DNA of 48,590 nt, filler included, from Jimgerdemannia flammicorona (GCA_003990765.1; 2 parts of 2 records of this genome joined end to end with filler, not necessarily neighbours in it), one strand, 5' to 3'. Counted from the first letter of the whole stretch, positions 21,801 to 35,685 are shown. Notes: a model not told the origin generated them from the sequence alone. Program-made: numbers and translations.

Positions 21801-24250
21801 GGCATATGCGAACACTTCATCAGCTTCCACTCACTAAGAGATGATTGCAGCAATTGCCGAATCCTGGATCTCAAGAAGATTCCAATGCCAGAAATTGATG
21901 ACAAGGACGAATTGAAGCAAGCACCATCCCACAGCCGAATGCAACCTCCAACCCCGAAGACCTTCAAGAAGACCTATAAGGAAGGACAGAAGATCCTCGC
22001 CTGCCAAACATTCGAGTCCCTTACCATCGAAGGAGAAAGCAACAGCTCTTACACCATCACTCGGGCCCTCCAGATCACACAGCTCACCTATGACAAGTAT
22101 TGGAAGAGATTCCCTACCAGTAGGGAGGTCAAACAGCGAAATGAAGACTTCATCAAGAAGGGACATTGTGATTGTGAAAAAACCTTTACCTGCTACTAGT
22201 GTGAACATCGAGATATTCACCTCAGCGAAGATGTCTACAAGAGCCGAGTCAAGAGAAAGGATCCCGCCCTGCAAGAACCTTGAATTCGCTGGGCCTGTCG
22301 GAAGTGCAAAGAAATCAACCATGAAGGAGACTGCAAGTTCAAGAGCAAGACCTCTATCTGGGACCTACCATTGGAAGTTCTTGCCATCATTTGCTGGTAC
22401 TGCCACCCTCATCAAGGAAACGAAGGTATCAATCTTGCCTTCATCCTTATGGAAGCTCTGGACCCTCTAGGAAAGACTGGATTCAATTATACAAGAAACT
22501 CAAAGACAGGAGCTCACTGGCCTTTCTTCAAACTGGAGCGCATAGACTTCTCACCTACACTGGCAACAGCTGAGGCGCTATTTCTCAAAGCTCAACCAAT
22601 TATCCAGGTCAAGCTGCTTTTACCCTGGGCACAGCCACCTCTTGCACAAACAGAAGGATCAGTTGGTTATGACCTCTGCCTCACCTACCAAGCAAGAATC
22701 TGGCCCAGAAGTACCAGGACTTTTGACCTACAGATTGCACTCGCTATACCACCTGGGCATTATGGACAGTTGGCCTCAAGATCCTCATTGGCAACCAAAG
22801 GAGTCACAGTAGAAGGAGGAGTCATCGATCAGGACTACCAAGGTCCCTTGAAGGTCATCATCCGCAATTCTAGTAGAACCTGCCGATTCTTCAGTCCTAT
22901 GGAAGTCATCTGCCAAATTCTGTTTATCAAGACATCACAGCTGACCATCCAAGAGATAGATCAACTAGAAGATACCAATAGAGGACAAGGAGGCTTTGGA
23001 AGCACCAATAGAAATATATGGACACCACCTATCGAGGTTCATTTGGCAACAGTTGCTCAATTCCGACAAATGAGACCCCATATCTGCTGCCCAATCTGAG
23101 CAAGAGAAGACATCCCCCTGCAGCCCTACCAGCAAAAAGGCCTAGATATGCATCTATCAGTAGAAGCAAACAACTTGATATTTGCACTATTACTGGAGCT
23201 TCAAAAGGAATACCACATCCTCCTGGCTGAAGAACGAATTCATGACCAGATGTCACCAATCTACATCCCTATCAGAAACTCAGGCTTCAAAGTGATAACT
23301 ATCCCCAAGGGAACAACACTGGGATATTTCAAACCACTGATAGACACCTACGAGGAAGAAGTCTTCGAATTCTTGGGAAATGGCAAGCCCTCTCCGGTCA
23401 GACTGACGGTACCAGGGAGGAAGACTCAGCAAATTCAGCAATCAAAGCCATCAACATCGAGACAACTCTAACCAAGGACCAGCAACAACAAATACAGGAG
23501 TTGATAGAGGAGTACAAAGATATATTTACCACCACATACGATAACTTCCCACCATATCAATACGGAGAACACCCTATACATACTGGAGATGCAAGACCAA
23601 TCTGACAATGACCCTACCGAACACCACATCATCTGATTGAATTCGAACAACAATACATAGACGAAATGCTACGAAATGGAGTCATCAGACCATCATCAAG
23701 CCCCTGGGCCTCACCAGCAATCATAGTACCAAAGAAAGGAGGATGGAGATTAGTCGTAGATTTCAGAAAACTCAACAAAGTCACCACAGAAGATGCCTAC
23801 CCACTGCCAAGAATTGATGACCTCATCAATGCTCTTGGAAAAGCCAAATACATGACCACTACCGACCAGTTCCAAGGATTCCAAGTAATACCCATTGCCA
23901 AAGAAGATATCTGCAAGGCGGCCTTCATCACCAGACGAGGACAGTATGAATACCTACAAATGCCCTTTGGACTCTGCAATACACCCGCCTCATTCCAACG
24001 AATGATGAACTATGTCTACCAGGACCTCATTGGAAGAAATGTACTAGTGTACATAGATGATGTAATCATCTACTCTGAGACATTCGAGCAGCATTTGCAA
24101 GACCTCCGTGAAGTATTCAATACCATTTGAAATTCAGGACTCAGACTCAATGCCAAGAAGTGCTTCTTTGGAAAACATCAAGTCAAATATCTGGGATATG
24201 TTGTCTCAGCTCAAGGAACACATGCCGACCCCTGCAAGGTGGAGAAAGTC
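18804..24250 (+). pseudogene. gag-PR-Cys-rich-dUTPase-RT polyprotein of element C
   Basis: ORFs starting 18804, 19470, 20082, 20514, 21480, 22371 and 23148 share a frame; motifs CFSCGNQGHIQRNC, ILIDTGA, DLILGTDWL, dUTPase; frameshift near 23400; RT SPWASP, VDFRKLN, MPFGL, YIDD. Confidence 0.92.
22605..23010 (+). other. dUTPase domain in element C pol
   Basis: GSVGYDL, SRSSLA, GGVIDQDYQG, ICQ, RGQGGFGST. Confidence 0.93.
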
Positions 24251-24350
24251 NNNNNNNNNNNNNNNNNNNNNNNNNNNNNNNNNNNNNNNNNNNNTTAATT
24301 AATTAANNNNNNNNNNNNNNNNNNNNNNNNNNNNNNNNNNNNNNNNNNNN
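24251..24350. other. Assembly gap with artificial stop linker
   Basis: N run with TTAATTAATTAA at 24295-24306. Confidence 0.97.
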
Positions 24351-25550
24351 TTTTTAATAGACTCAATGTCCTGCAGATTTTTATTAGAAGAGAACCTAGA
24401 CTATATAGGCCAAAACCCTCTCCCATCACTCACCAAGCACTGCCCTCTCTATGAATCTAGACTAACTATTGTCTAGCAGCTCAATCATATCAGATACAGC
24501 AGGGCCTATATTGGCCTGTATCTCATTCTGTATACATACTATACTCTTCCTACTACCAGGGAGAACTCAGCCATATGCTAATGACTGAAAGTATATGCCC
24601 AAAACCCCAATGTATATATAAGGCCATGCTTGAGCCAAATAGAGACTAGCCTCTGCCACTCTAAAGAGAATGATAGGCAAAGAAAAAACTCTTATCAAAG
24701 TACATCATGGTGGATAGGATTTGGTTCTCTCAGATGAGGTGAGTAGAGGACTTATACATAAGGTAGGAGAAGACCCCCAATACCCCACTACTCAAGCCTG
24801 CAGACCTTGATCATGTTGCTATGTCAGCTCCCAGTTCTAGTTGAGTATAGTTAAGATGCCTAAAATAGGTAGCCTTGGGCCCCCCAACTCCCTCTCAATG
24901 ACTAGAGTCTAACCTGCCAAATTACCAAAAGAAGCTGAGAGTGTTACCTACCACCTAACTGCTCTATACCAATCAAAAGGCCCCACTGAAGCAGCACCTA
25001 CCCCAGCCCCTATGACTGCCCCCAGTCTGGTACCCTACTGGTTCACCATTATTATCCTTCCTCTTATCTGTAACAGCCATCTCCCCTCCTATCCTGACAA
25101 TACCTGAAAAACAATCACCTATGCCAGAACCACACTTACCAGGAAGCTTGCCAAAGTCAGAGGGCCCCACTACAGACACTGAGGATCTGCAGGTAACCTA
25201 TACTAAGCACTTGATACCCAAGGTCAGTCAACTCTCTATGTAGCCTGTGATACATATACTGAGATAATACCTTGTTGATGATAGCAAAAGGAAGAAGGTG
25301 CCACACCAAAATGAGTATACCCCAGATGTAGCCAAAGGTATCAGAAACTGTGAAAAAGTGGAGAAGATACTGATCTGATACTGATAAAGGGGTAACTCAT
25401 TACTATTGCCTCCCTCCCACTGTCTTATAATAGGTATAGTAAACTAATCTAAGGTAGAGAGGGTAGTAATTGTAGAAAGTGGACTTAGAAGGTTGTCTAC
25501 TAAGCAATTATGACCAGTAAGATAGCAGTGAAAGAGACAGTAAGCAAAGT
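24351..25550 (-). mobile_element. Poly(A) retroposon family X, copy 1
   Basis: Collinear with 42623-43866 over its whole length; T run abuts the gap. Confidence 0.8.
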
Positions 25551-25835
25551 GATTGCTATCATAAGGATAAGGAGAGTAGTAAAAATAAGTACAGAAAGAG
25601 CCAGTGGTGTAGAAACTATTGTGGCATAAGCCAGTAAGGTCATGTGAATACTGCCAAAATGAATAATAATAGTAGTCTTTTCTTCACTCAAGCAATATAT
25701 ATAGATAACAGTTCTATTGTCAGTTCTACCAACTCAATATCTACAACTTGTCAGCCACACACTTTTAACATTATGAAAAGTGATAATATCAACAGTACAA
25801 GTAGCAAATATGCCAATACTGCTGATAATAATGAT

Positions 25836-28800
25836 GTTTGGCTAATGGATTCTAATGCTATATAATACATAACAGTCCACCAGAAGTGGTTTTCAATGTA
25901 TGAACTAGTGCTCCCAAATGAGTTGAATCAATTCGAATCAAATCAAATTGAGGGTTAAACAAGTGAGGGTCTGATTCGAACCCTAATTTTCAAAATGCAA
26001 TAACTCAACGTAAACTCATCCAAATCTAACATACTTTAGCTTGTTAGAATCACATTAATACGGTGAATCTAACAAGCTAAAATACGTTAAATTTGGATGA
26101 GTTTTCGTCGAGTTATTACATTTTGAAAATTAAGGTTCGAATTAAACTTCAAATCGAATTGGACCTTTGATTCGATTCAAATCGAATCGATTCAAATCGA
26201 ATCGAATTGGACCCTTGATTCAATCGAATCGAATCGAGTTTGGGCCAAATTCAATTCGATTCGATTCAATTCATTGGGAGCACTAGTATGAACCCTTCAA
26301 GCATTCAGTGCCAATTAAATTAGGTAACAACAACATAATATATATTCAGAGAAAAGAAAATGTTAGCATACATCTCCATGGGAATATCACAGAGCTTACT
26401 ACAACTCTTATAGATATACTATATACTCTGAAGATAGGAAAGAACCTCTTCTCCATAGACAAGATGATGGCTTATAGTGATAAGAAAATTTACATATTTC
26501 CCAAAGGTATAACCATATATGATTTGCATAGCAGAAATAATACCAAAGAGTTAATGATAGCCTTGAAATGAGGCAATTTATATATGATCAACAGTATGCT
26601 GAATGGAAATGGTATAGTAAAAGCCTCTGCATATGTAACTATAACTATATCCAATGCTAATATTTGGTATCAATGCTTAGGATATATCAGTATAACAAGC
26701 TTTAAACATATGATGAGGAGTGGATCCATCAGTAGATTGCTACTGAATATACACTCTGGAGATAATTTCTTTTGCAATAATTGCATAGCAAATAAAGCTT
26801 CCCAGTACCTATTTGAGAAATGATTGAAGCATGTCTCAGAGATCCTTGATCTCATATATACAGATATATGCAGACCAATGTATATACCATTGTACTCCAG
26901 AAAAGTATTTTATCACATTTATTAACAACTATATGTACAAGACATATATATATTTCCTATTGGTAAAGAGCAAAGTATTAGAAAAATTCACAGAATTCAA
27001 AGTAATCACCAAGAATGAAACAGGATATAGAATACACACTATATGCTCAGATAATGGATAGAAATATAACAATGGTCTGTTTAGACAGTTCTTGATAAAA
27101 TATAGCATATACCATCAAATAACAGTACTCTATATATCTCAGCAGAATAGTGTGGTCAAACAATTCAATTGAATAATAGTGGAGATGGTGCATATGATGA
27201 TTAATACTGCTGGATTAAGATATTCCTATTGAGCTGAAGTGGTAAATACAATGGTATATATATACAATCAATGTATTTCTCAAGCACTAAGTAAGGATTC
27301 CAATAATAAGAAGAATGATAAGGATCTTACTCCTGAGGAATTATGGAGTAGAATGAAGCCAGATATATCTCATCTATATATATTTAGCTATGAAGCATAT
27401 GTCCTTAATAAAAGCAATACCAATCAGCATAAGTTCAAACCAAAAGCCGGTAAGTATATATTCCTTGGGTATAGTAAAAATAGTAATACTTATAGGCTTT
27501 GGAATCTATGCAAGTGGTATATAGTTATATCCTATAACATATAATTCAAGGAATTCAAAAGAGATTGAGATCAAGAGATTCATATAGAAATACTAGTCAA
27601 AAATCATTTTCACCAATAACTATCATCAGTAAGTTCTATATCTCTCAGACTATCATAATCATCTATAGGACAGCAATAACTAATACCAACCTCTCCAGTA
27701 GTGAACCAAAATTATTTTCAATCACTATATATACCAGAGTCACCTGAGCCAAGAATAACTGAAATCAAAGATGAGGATAATGAAAAATCCAGTAGTGATG
27801 AGGAATTTGCCACTAGAGGCAAGCAAAAGCCAAAGCATAAGCTCAGAAATATAACTCATTCTGACTTAGAAGATTACTGAGATATACCAGCAAGCTCTCA
27901 ATAGTAACATAAGAATTATATGAGCTATACTAATATATACAAATATGCATACATATATAGTGACATCTGATGAGCCAAACATATATGATAAAGCCATAGC
28001 TGGGTCAGATAGTAAGAAATAGCAATACATGATGGATGAGAAATATGATTTGCTCATCAAGAATAGTATCTGGGATTTAATACTCCTTCCAGCCAATCAA
28101 TAGGCAATAGGATCACACTAGGTATATAGGATCAAGTATAAGAGCAACAGAAGCATAGAGTGATACAAAGCATGCTTTGTTACTAAGAGTTATTTGCAGA
28201 ATTATAGCATAGATTATGATGAAACATTCTCATCAGTGTTCAAGCTTATATTGCTTAGAATACTCCTTATAATCGGTATACTATATGACCTCGAAATCTA
28301 TCAAATAGATATAAAGAGTATTCCTAAATAGTGACATAGATACTGAACTATACATCCATCAACTGCAAGGCTACAAAAATGATCAGAATGATGAACTTGT
28401 ATGCAAACTCCATAAGAGATTATATGGCATCAAGAAAGTGGTGCAATTATAGAATAAAAAGATTAATAAGTATCTCCTTAATAATAGATTTATGTACTGC
28501 AAAGTAGATAATTATATATACATTCAATACTATGATAATAGCATAGTTTTCATTGGCATTTGGGTTGATGATATAATCATTATTACCAGCAAAAATCAGC
28601 TTAACAGAGTAAAGGAAACCCTATACCAAGAGCTTAAAATGATAGATATATGTAGGTAACACATTCTTCTTTTTAAGAATATCAATTATATGTGATAGAA
28701 ATACATATGCTATATACCTCTTACAAGTCTATTAGAACTCTGATGGATACTTCTATGAAGTTAAGGAAGTCCAACAATAATACATATAAGGATGATGACA

Positions 28801-29531
28801 TTATATCTGCCAAGAACACCAACATTTCCTACAGATAAGCCATTGGTTTCCTCATGTATTTAATACTTAGAATGAGGCCTGATATATTCTTCACCATCAA
28901 TAAAGTAGTGCAGTATTGCTTATGCTATGACAACTTACACTGGTCAGCAATCAAGAGGATTTTTAGATACCTAAAGGGATCAGCATATACTATACTCATA
29001 TTGAGTGGTGATATTAGATTGAGTAAGAGTAATGGCAAAAATAATGGTATCTGGTTATCCAGCATATATGATACTGAATGGGCAGGTGATTTAGATGACC
29101 ACTAATCTATAACTAGATATCTCTTCTATATTAGTGACCAAGGGTCCACTATCTCATGGCAAATATATAAATAGAGTTCTGTGGTAACCTCATCAACACA
29201 AGTGGAGTATCAGGCATTATTAAGTATAATAAAGGAGGCCATTTGGCTCTATAAACTGCTAAAGAAGTTAGGATTCACTCAGAAATGAAACCTTATACTC
29301 ATCTGGCAAGACAACAAATTGACAATAGTACTTGCAAAAAACTCTATACATTACAGCAGAATAAAACATATTGATATACTCTATCATTTCATTTGGGAAA
29401 GTATTAAGTATAGAACTATATACTTAGAGTACACCCTGATAGAGAATATAATTACAGATTCACTCACCAAAGCTCTTCTAAAGCCAAAGTTCAAGCTATA
29501 CATTGAAGGAATGGGTCTTACAAGCAGATAA
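25836..29531 (+). pseudogene. Copia pol relic (PR-IN-RT-RH)
   Basis: ORF fragments 26308-26571, 26584-26823, 26831-27061, 27239-27544, 28854-29105 and 29319-29531 carry Copia motifs. Confidence 0.9.
25906..26285. mobile_element. 380-bp MITE, hAT-type
   Basis: TIR TAGTGCTCCCA...TGGGAGCACTA; 8-bp TSD GTATGAAC at 25898-25905 and 26286-26293; interrupts the Copia protease. Confidence 0.92.
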
Positions 29532-29959
29532 TCACAGGACTTTTCAGACTCTCAAAAGTCTCATACTGTATATACATTTTACATCTATATTGGTTACATC
29601 TCTTATCTATGAGTAGATTATATACATTACATTTTTTGTGGGTATTATGGATATTTCAGAACACTTTTTGACCTTTAGATATAGGATTTCTAGTTTGTAT
29701 TTTATTGCAAGTTGCAATTCTCTTTTTTGGATACAGTTTGTATTCTTTTTGATTTATATATCTCATTGAGCAAGAGTATTGAGATGACAACTTGATATAT
29801 ATCTATGTGACCTTTCTATACCAACATTTTTTTCATCAGTCTTATATTATCCACTGTCTATTAGTAACATATAAATTTATGTTATATATTTTATTTTATT
29901 TTATTTTTTTTTATAGTCACTCAGACTTTGTCTTTATTACCAGTCTATGAATAAGTATA

Positions 29960-32900
29960 CATTATCACCATCTACTACCCAATCTCCATAGGGGAGTCTC
30001 TTCCTGCCTCCTTATAAATAAAGATCACTCTCTCACCAATAACTCCAACTCTTCTGCCACTCTGTCTACAGATTTTCTCCACCAAGCAGTACCTCCGCCC
30101 ACCCCACAGCCCTCAACCAAGCCACCAGCCTGTCAAGGTATCTTCCATAAGACTCTGCCACTGTAATGACTGGCTCTCCAAGTCTTGTCTCCTCCCATCT
30201 TTAAATACAAATAGCCAGTAACTAGCCAGCCCCACCCAAATGACCAATGCCCAGCCCAAGATAAGTCATTCCTTTCCTACCCCCTCTACCAATCGATCCC
30301 TCAAGTCCTCCCACCTCTCCTGTACTTTACCTCTCCTACACCTCACCCCCAAGCAGTCTCCGATAGCCCTCCAAAAGTCCCCCAACACCTCACACTCTTC
30401 TAGCCAATGTTCTGGCATCTGTACAAAGCCCCCTTCCTGCCCTACATTAAGGCACTCCTCACAGTTGAAGCAACTCTCTATGATTAGGTGCCCTGAGCAG
30501 AAGTTGAGTATTATATTTCTCCTCAGCATGCACCACTAGACCATCCAGTACTTTGGTGGCATCTACTAATACACTGTGGCACTCCAGGTCCAAACATCTT
30601 GCCAGTCCCACTCCTCTCCAATTCCAACTCCTTGCCAACTGCTAAGTCATAGATCCTGGCCTGGTCCTCTTTGGCATTCCATTCCATCACCAATATCGAA
30701 CTCAATTAAAGGAATGCCACCCAGCAGTATACTATTCTATCTCTATATTGCTGGGTCCTAAGCCACCTCTCCCTCATTCCCTTGTCAGCAAATACCAATG
30801 TGGTACACCCCCTCTGCTATCCCCCACCGGAATCCTTTGTATCATAATAGTTTAATGTTCTGAAGTCCAACCAATGAGAGGAGATCGCCAGTCAAATCTC
30901 TTGGCAATGTCCACCTCTCCCAGATCTTCTGTAGCAGGGGAACCCAACTACCTCCTCACAGCTCTACTGCTCTCTTTAGCCACCATGCCCTCAAGCAGTG
31001 TAATCACTTGGGAAAGTCCACCAGCCGAAGACCCCCTCTCTCTACTGGTAGGGATAAGGTCTCCCAACCAATCTAACTCTGTCTGCCAGCCCAGACCTAT
31101 CTCTTTGCCACCTTCACCAATCTCTTCACCACCCAGGCTGGGAAGTCCAGATAATAAGCCAGATACTATAGCTTCAGCAGCCAATAGACATTCAAAATCG
31201 AAACCCATCCTACCAGAGAAAAGTGTCTTTCCCCCCAACCCTACAGGTCCTCCTCCCAGATTCCAATCCTCTGCTCCCACCAAAGCCTGGTCAGCACCAA
31301 CCCATAGACTGACAAATAGATGCCCAAATACTGCACTGTCTTACTGGTGGAGACAATTGTTCCTATAACTTCTCCTCCCACCAGACTGTTGCCTAGTATC
31401 ATTGTTTCACACTTATGCCAATTCAACTTAGCCCCAGAGTTCTCCTCATACCACTCCACTGTCTTCTTGAGCTCCTCAACATCAGCAATTAATCCCAAAC
31501 CAACCACCATATTATCTACAAAGACCCCAACTTTCCACTCAATTCCATAAATAGAGAGCCCTGCTACCCTCTGTCTAATTCTGTCCATTAGGGGTTCCAG
31601 GGAAAGGACATACAAAATGGGAGACAGTGGGTCCCCCTGGGGCACCCCCCTACCCAGGGGGAATGCTACCCCTCTATGTCCATTATACATGATGACAGCC
31701 CTACTCCCTTCCAGTAGGCTGACCATTGCTGACCAAAATTGGTGTGGAACCCCCATTCTATCCAATACCCTCACCAGCCAGACTCGGTGCACCTGATCAT
31801 AAGCCTTCTCCTGGTCCAAGAAGACTAGATACCCATCCAGTCCACAGGCTCTCACCCCTTCAATAACTCCATATACCCAGGCTGTGCCATCCCTAATGAG
31901 CTGACCACCCACAAATCCCCTCTGCTCAATACCCACGACTTGCTGGACCACCTTCTGTAGCCTTGTAACCACCACCTTAGTCACCAACTTTCTGTCCATA
32001 TCTAGCAACATTATTGACCACCAGTTCTTCCAATCCTCTTGCCTTCCTTTATTCTTATAAAGCAGCATCACCAGCCCAAGATCCTGCTCACCCACCCATC
32101 TCCCTGTCTGTAATATAGAGTCATACAATGCCATCATCTCTCCCATCACACCTGGGACTCCAACCATTCGCTTCCAGAAGTCCCAGGGCAGACCATCCTC
32201 TCCAGGTGCTATACCCAGAGTTGTCGTGGCAAGAACCTGGTAGATCTCATCCTTCTTTACAGATATCACCAGGTCACCTAGCCCTTCTACCTGTAGTGGG
32301 TGCCAATTCTCCAATGTTCAATCAATGGCAGCAGCATCTGCCCCACCCTCCTCCTCACTCCACAAACTGCTCCATCGCTCCTTCAATGATCCAAGAATGT
32401 CCTGCACTCCATGCACTAGTATACCATCTGAGTCCAGTACTCCTTCCCATTGTTGCTGTACCCTCTTTGCTCTAAGAGCCCTTGTGAGAAACTGAGAAGA
32501 CCTCTCTCCATCCTCCAGCACCTGCCAATGAAGCCATGCCACCAAGCTTTGCACTCTTGTCTCTTCCTCTTCCTGTAGCACCTGTTGTAGTTCCCTAACC
32601 TCCATCTTTGCCCTTATTACTCTCCAATCTTCTTCTCCCTCTAACATTGCCAGTCTCACCCACTCCTCCAGAAGCCAAGTCAATCTAGTAGAAGCTTACT
32701 GCACTCTTCACCTTCTCTGCTTCCCTGCCTCCTTGCCAGCCTCACTCCAGTAAATCCTGGCCATCTCTTTCATCCTCATCCACCAAACCCCAATTGAGGT
32801 ACCTTCCTGTCACCAGATCTCCACTCTCAGCTGAATATCTTTAGTCCACTCATTCTATCAGAACTTGTCATCTAACAAAGAGAAATTGAGGCACTAATGT

Positions 32901-33634
32901 CCAGGCCCATCCCCACTTCTCCCAAAGTACCCCTGTCCCAAAAGGCCCCAGTAATCTGACCATAGGCACCACTCCACTTTCAGTGACTTCCAAACATCTC
33001 AGCCCCAGCAGCTGGCTATCAGAATCCAGTTGATCCTAGTCCCCAGGCCCCCAGCCCAATGTGTATAAACCCTCCTATCCCCCCAGTACTCCCTACCAGT
33101 ATCCACCAGTGCACTGAGTCTTTCTACTTCCTCCCACATTGCCAGTCCCCCACTCCTGCTCTCAGCACCCCATCCTCCATCTGTTCTATCCATCAGTATA
33201 TCCCGAACTATATTGAAATCTCCCCTAAGCATATCCACCCCAGCTTCTGCAAGAATCACACTCTCCTGGAGACCCTTCACCCAATCTATATACTCACTCC
33301 ATACAGTAGGGCAGTAACAGGAGCTAACTGTAACTGGCTCTCAGCCTGCATGAATCCACTCACCCCAGACCAGCCTCTCTCCCCAGCTCCTCATATCGCT
33401 TAACTCCCCTCTGCCCTTCCAAACCAGAATTCCAACCTTGCCTTTCCAAATTGCCATGCCTCCCCATTCCTTTGTCCATTCTATCCTATCAGAATCATCC
33501 TCACACCTGACATCCTGCAAGAGGAAGAGATCAGCCTCCAATTCCTTCAGCTAAGTAAAAATGTTCCTATGTCTAACAGTACCCCATAGCCCATTCACAT
33601 TCAAAGAAAAAATGTTGGTTATACTGTTCATCAT
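29960..33634 (-). pseudogene. LINE ORF2: APE endonuclease, reverse transcriptase, C-terminal Cys/His motif
   Basis: SLNVNGL, LLQD, RGDFN, TRINWIL; APGEDGLP, LDQEKAYD, GVPQGDPLSP, FVDN (degenerate YADD), YLGI; C-terminal PEHWLEEC. 3' limit approximate. Confidence 0.9.
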
Positions 33635-33649
33635 GAAATACATTTTGTT

Positions 33650-35685
33650 ATTAGTTGATCTCTACTGCTCTATATTCATCTCCTCCTGGGCTATGTCCAG
33701 ATTATGTTCTGCCATCACCTCCTCCTCTTCAGCCCTCTGAGCCTCCGATCCAGCCAATAGCTCATTTATCTCCCCATCTGCCTTCTTCTCAAACTCCTCT
33801 CGGTACTCAATACAAGCCTCCTGCCAAAGCTGCAATCCATGATACCTGTTTCAGCAGTATTCAGCCCTCTCCCCAGTGACAACTGCCATCTCTGCCTCCC
33901 ACTCCTTGTCTACTTCATATTCTTCCTCCTCCAGATACACTGCAAGAATTTCTGCCTTCAGTGTCATCATCACTCCATCCCCCTTCAGTATCTGCACCCA
34001 GTGCTCATCACTCATCATTCACAGGTCCACCTCCCCCAACTCTTCTGCTGCCAGATTATTCATCATCCTGTACATCCAGAGTAGGTTCCCCACCTCCTTC
34101 CCTCCAGGGGTTGCCAGTCTCCCTCCATCCATCATTGTGGTGTCAGCTCCAACACTCACAGCCTCATACCACACCTCTGGGACATCCACCAGTTCCTCCT
34201 CTCCAGCCTCCACCACATGTCCCCCATTCATTACCTCTGGAACTTCAAATTTCACCTATTGGGCCTCCAGCATTGTCACATCCTCCACTATCTTGTTTCA
34301 GAAAGCTGGGCCTTACCTGATAAGAGGAGAAGGAGAGGGGAAGTCCTCCCAGGCCTCCTCCCAAACCTCAAAGGTGCCATCAGTGTATGGATCATTAACT
34401 TTCACCTCCTTCTCCTTCCCTGTCTCCTTCCTGGCATTCCCACCCCTCTCGCTAGCCCAGGCACTCACTTTGGCCCCCTCCATGCCCATCATCTTGCTCG
34501 TATCCTCCAGTGGTCTGCCACCCAGTTTAGCCAGTAGGTCCTTCTGTCTCTTATGCCTCTGAGCTCTTTCCCACTGCACCTTATCCACCTGAATCCACTT
34601 TCCATCCACCACCTCTAAGTGCATTGACTCTACAAAGGCCTTCTAAGTCTTGGCTTGCTGCTCCACAGTACCATTCAATTCTTCGAGTGCTTCTAATAAA
34701 TCCTCTTCCTCCTCCTCACTTCTCTTCACTCTCATTATCTTGCACAAGATTGCTCCCCAGACCATCACTGAAGGCCAGTCCCTCACCTTCCCAGTAGCTT
34801 CTTTCCCAGCCAGCTGAATTCTCACATCCACATTCCTAGTCCTGAGTGAGGTCCCTTTCCAGACCCTGAATCTGATATCCACTACCTCTCTATACTCTGC
34901 TATGACTTTCTCAACTCTCTTTCTCATCTCTCCTGCCATCACTGTGGGCACTCCTTTCACTAGCAGTTGGACTACTCTTGGATTCCATTTCAAGCACCAT
35001 GTCATCAGAACACACACCTCCCCAACTACCAACCCCACCTTCAGTGCCTCCTCCAGCAGCTCCATCTCCTCAAAACCCACTTCCACACTCTCCAGTCACT
35101 TCAAAAACTTCACTGACACAGCTCCTGCCATCTGCTTAGCAATAAGCCCCAGCACCATTTTTGCCATCACTACTAAGCCCCAGAAGTACAATGTAACTAC
35201 AAATGCTGAGATCGATTTCTTGAATAACAGGGCCACCGCCAGGTCCATCACGCCATCTGCCAAATCTCCTTGTCTTCGAGCCTCAGCTGCTTAGCCTCAC
35301 CATCAGCCATCACATCTGGATTTTTTTCCAGATTGGCAGTTCCATCTCCATCAGCAGTCACACTCCCCCTAGCTGCTACTCCTCTAGCTCCACTGCCCCC
35401 CCTTCCAAGGACTACTCCTCCACACATCACCTCCTTCTTGGTCTCCTTGCCCTTCCTTAGCCAGCCCTCCAGCCCTGATGCCTGCTGCCTCCCTTTCACT
35501 ATCTCCACAAAGCTTGCCCTCTCAGACTCTTGGTCTCCACCATTACCTCCACTCCTTCCACATCCTCCTACCAGCAGCCCCCTCATGCCCCCCCCTGGGC
35601 CCAGGCCCCTCCCCATCTGCTGCTATTCGAAAGCACTTGGGCCACCCTGCCCAGTACACACCTCAGGTTGCTTGTCGGTTGCCAT
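33650..35685 (-). pseudogene. LINE ORF1 (Gly-rich N-terminus, RRM-like segment, charged C-terminus)
   Basis: ATG at 35685; ORF pieces 35248-35616, 34643-35086, 34313-34624 and 34019-34255 lie upstream of ORF2. Confidence 0.7.

Larger units (their letters stand above)
16097..24250 (+). mobile_element. Gypsy-type LTR retrotransposon C, 3' part lost in the assembly gap
   Basis: TG-starting insertion into D gag, LTR ending CA at 18569, PBS, gag-PR-dUTPase-RT. Confidence 0.9.

Noticed and set aside
24295..24306. TTAATTAATTAA palindrome inside the N run
   Set aside because: Artificial all-frame stop linker from scaffolding.
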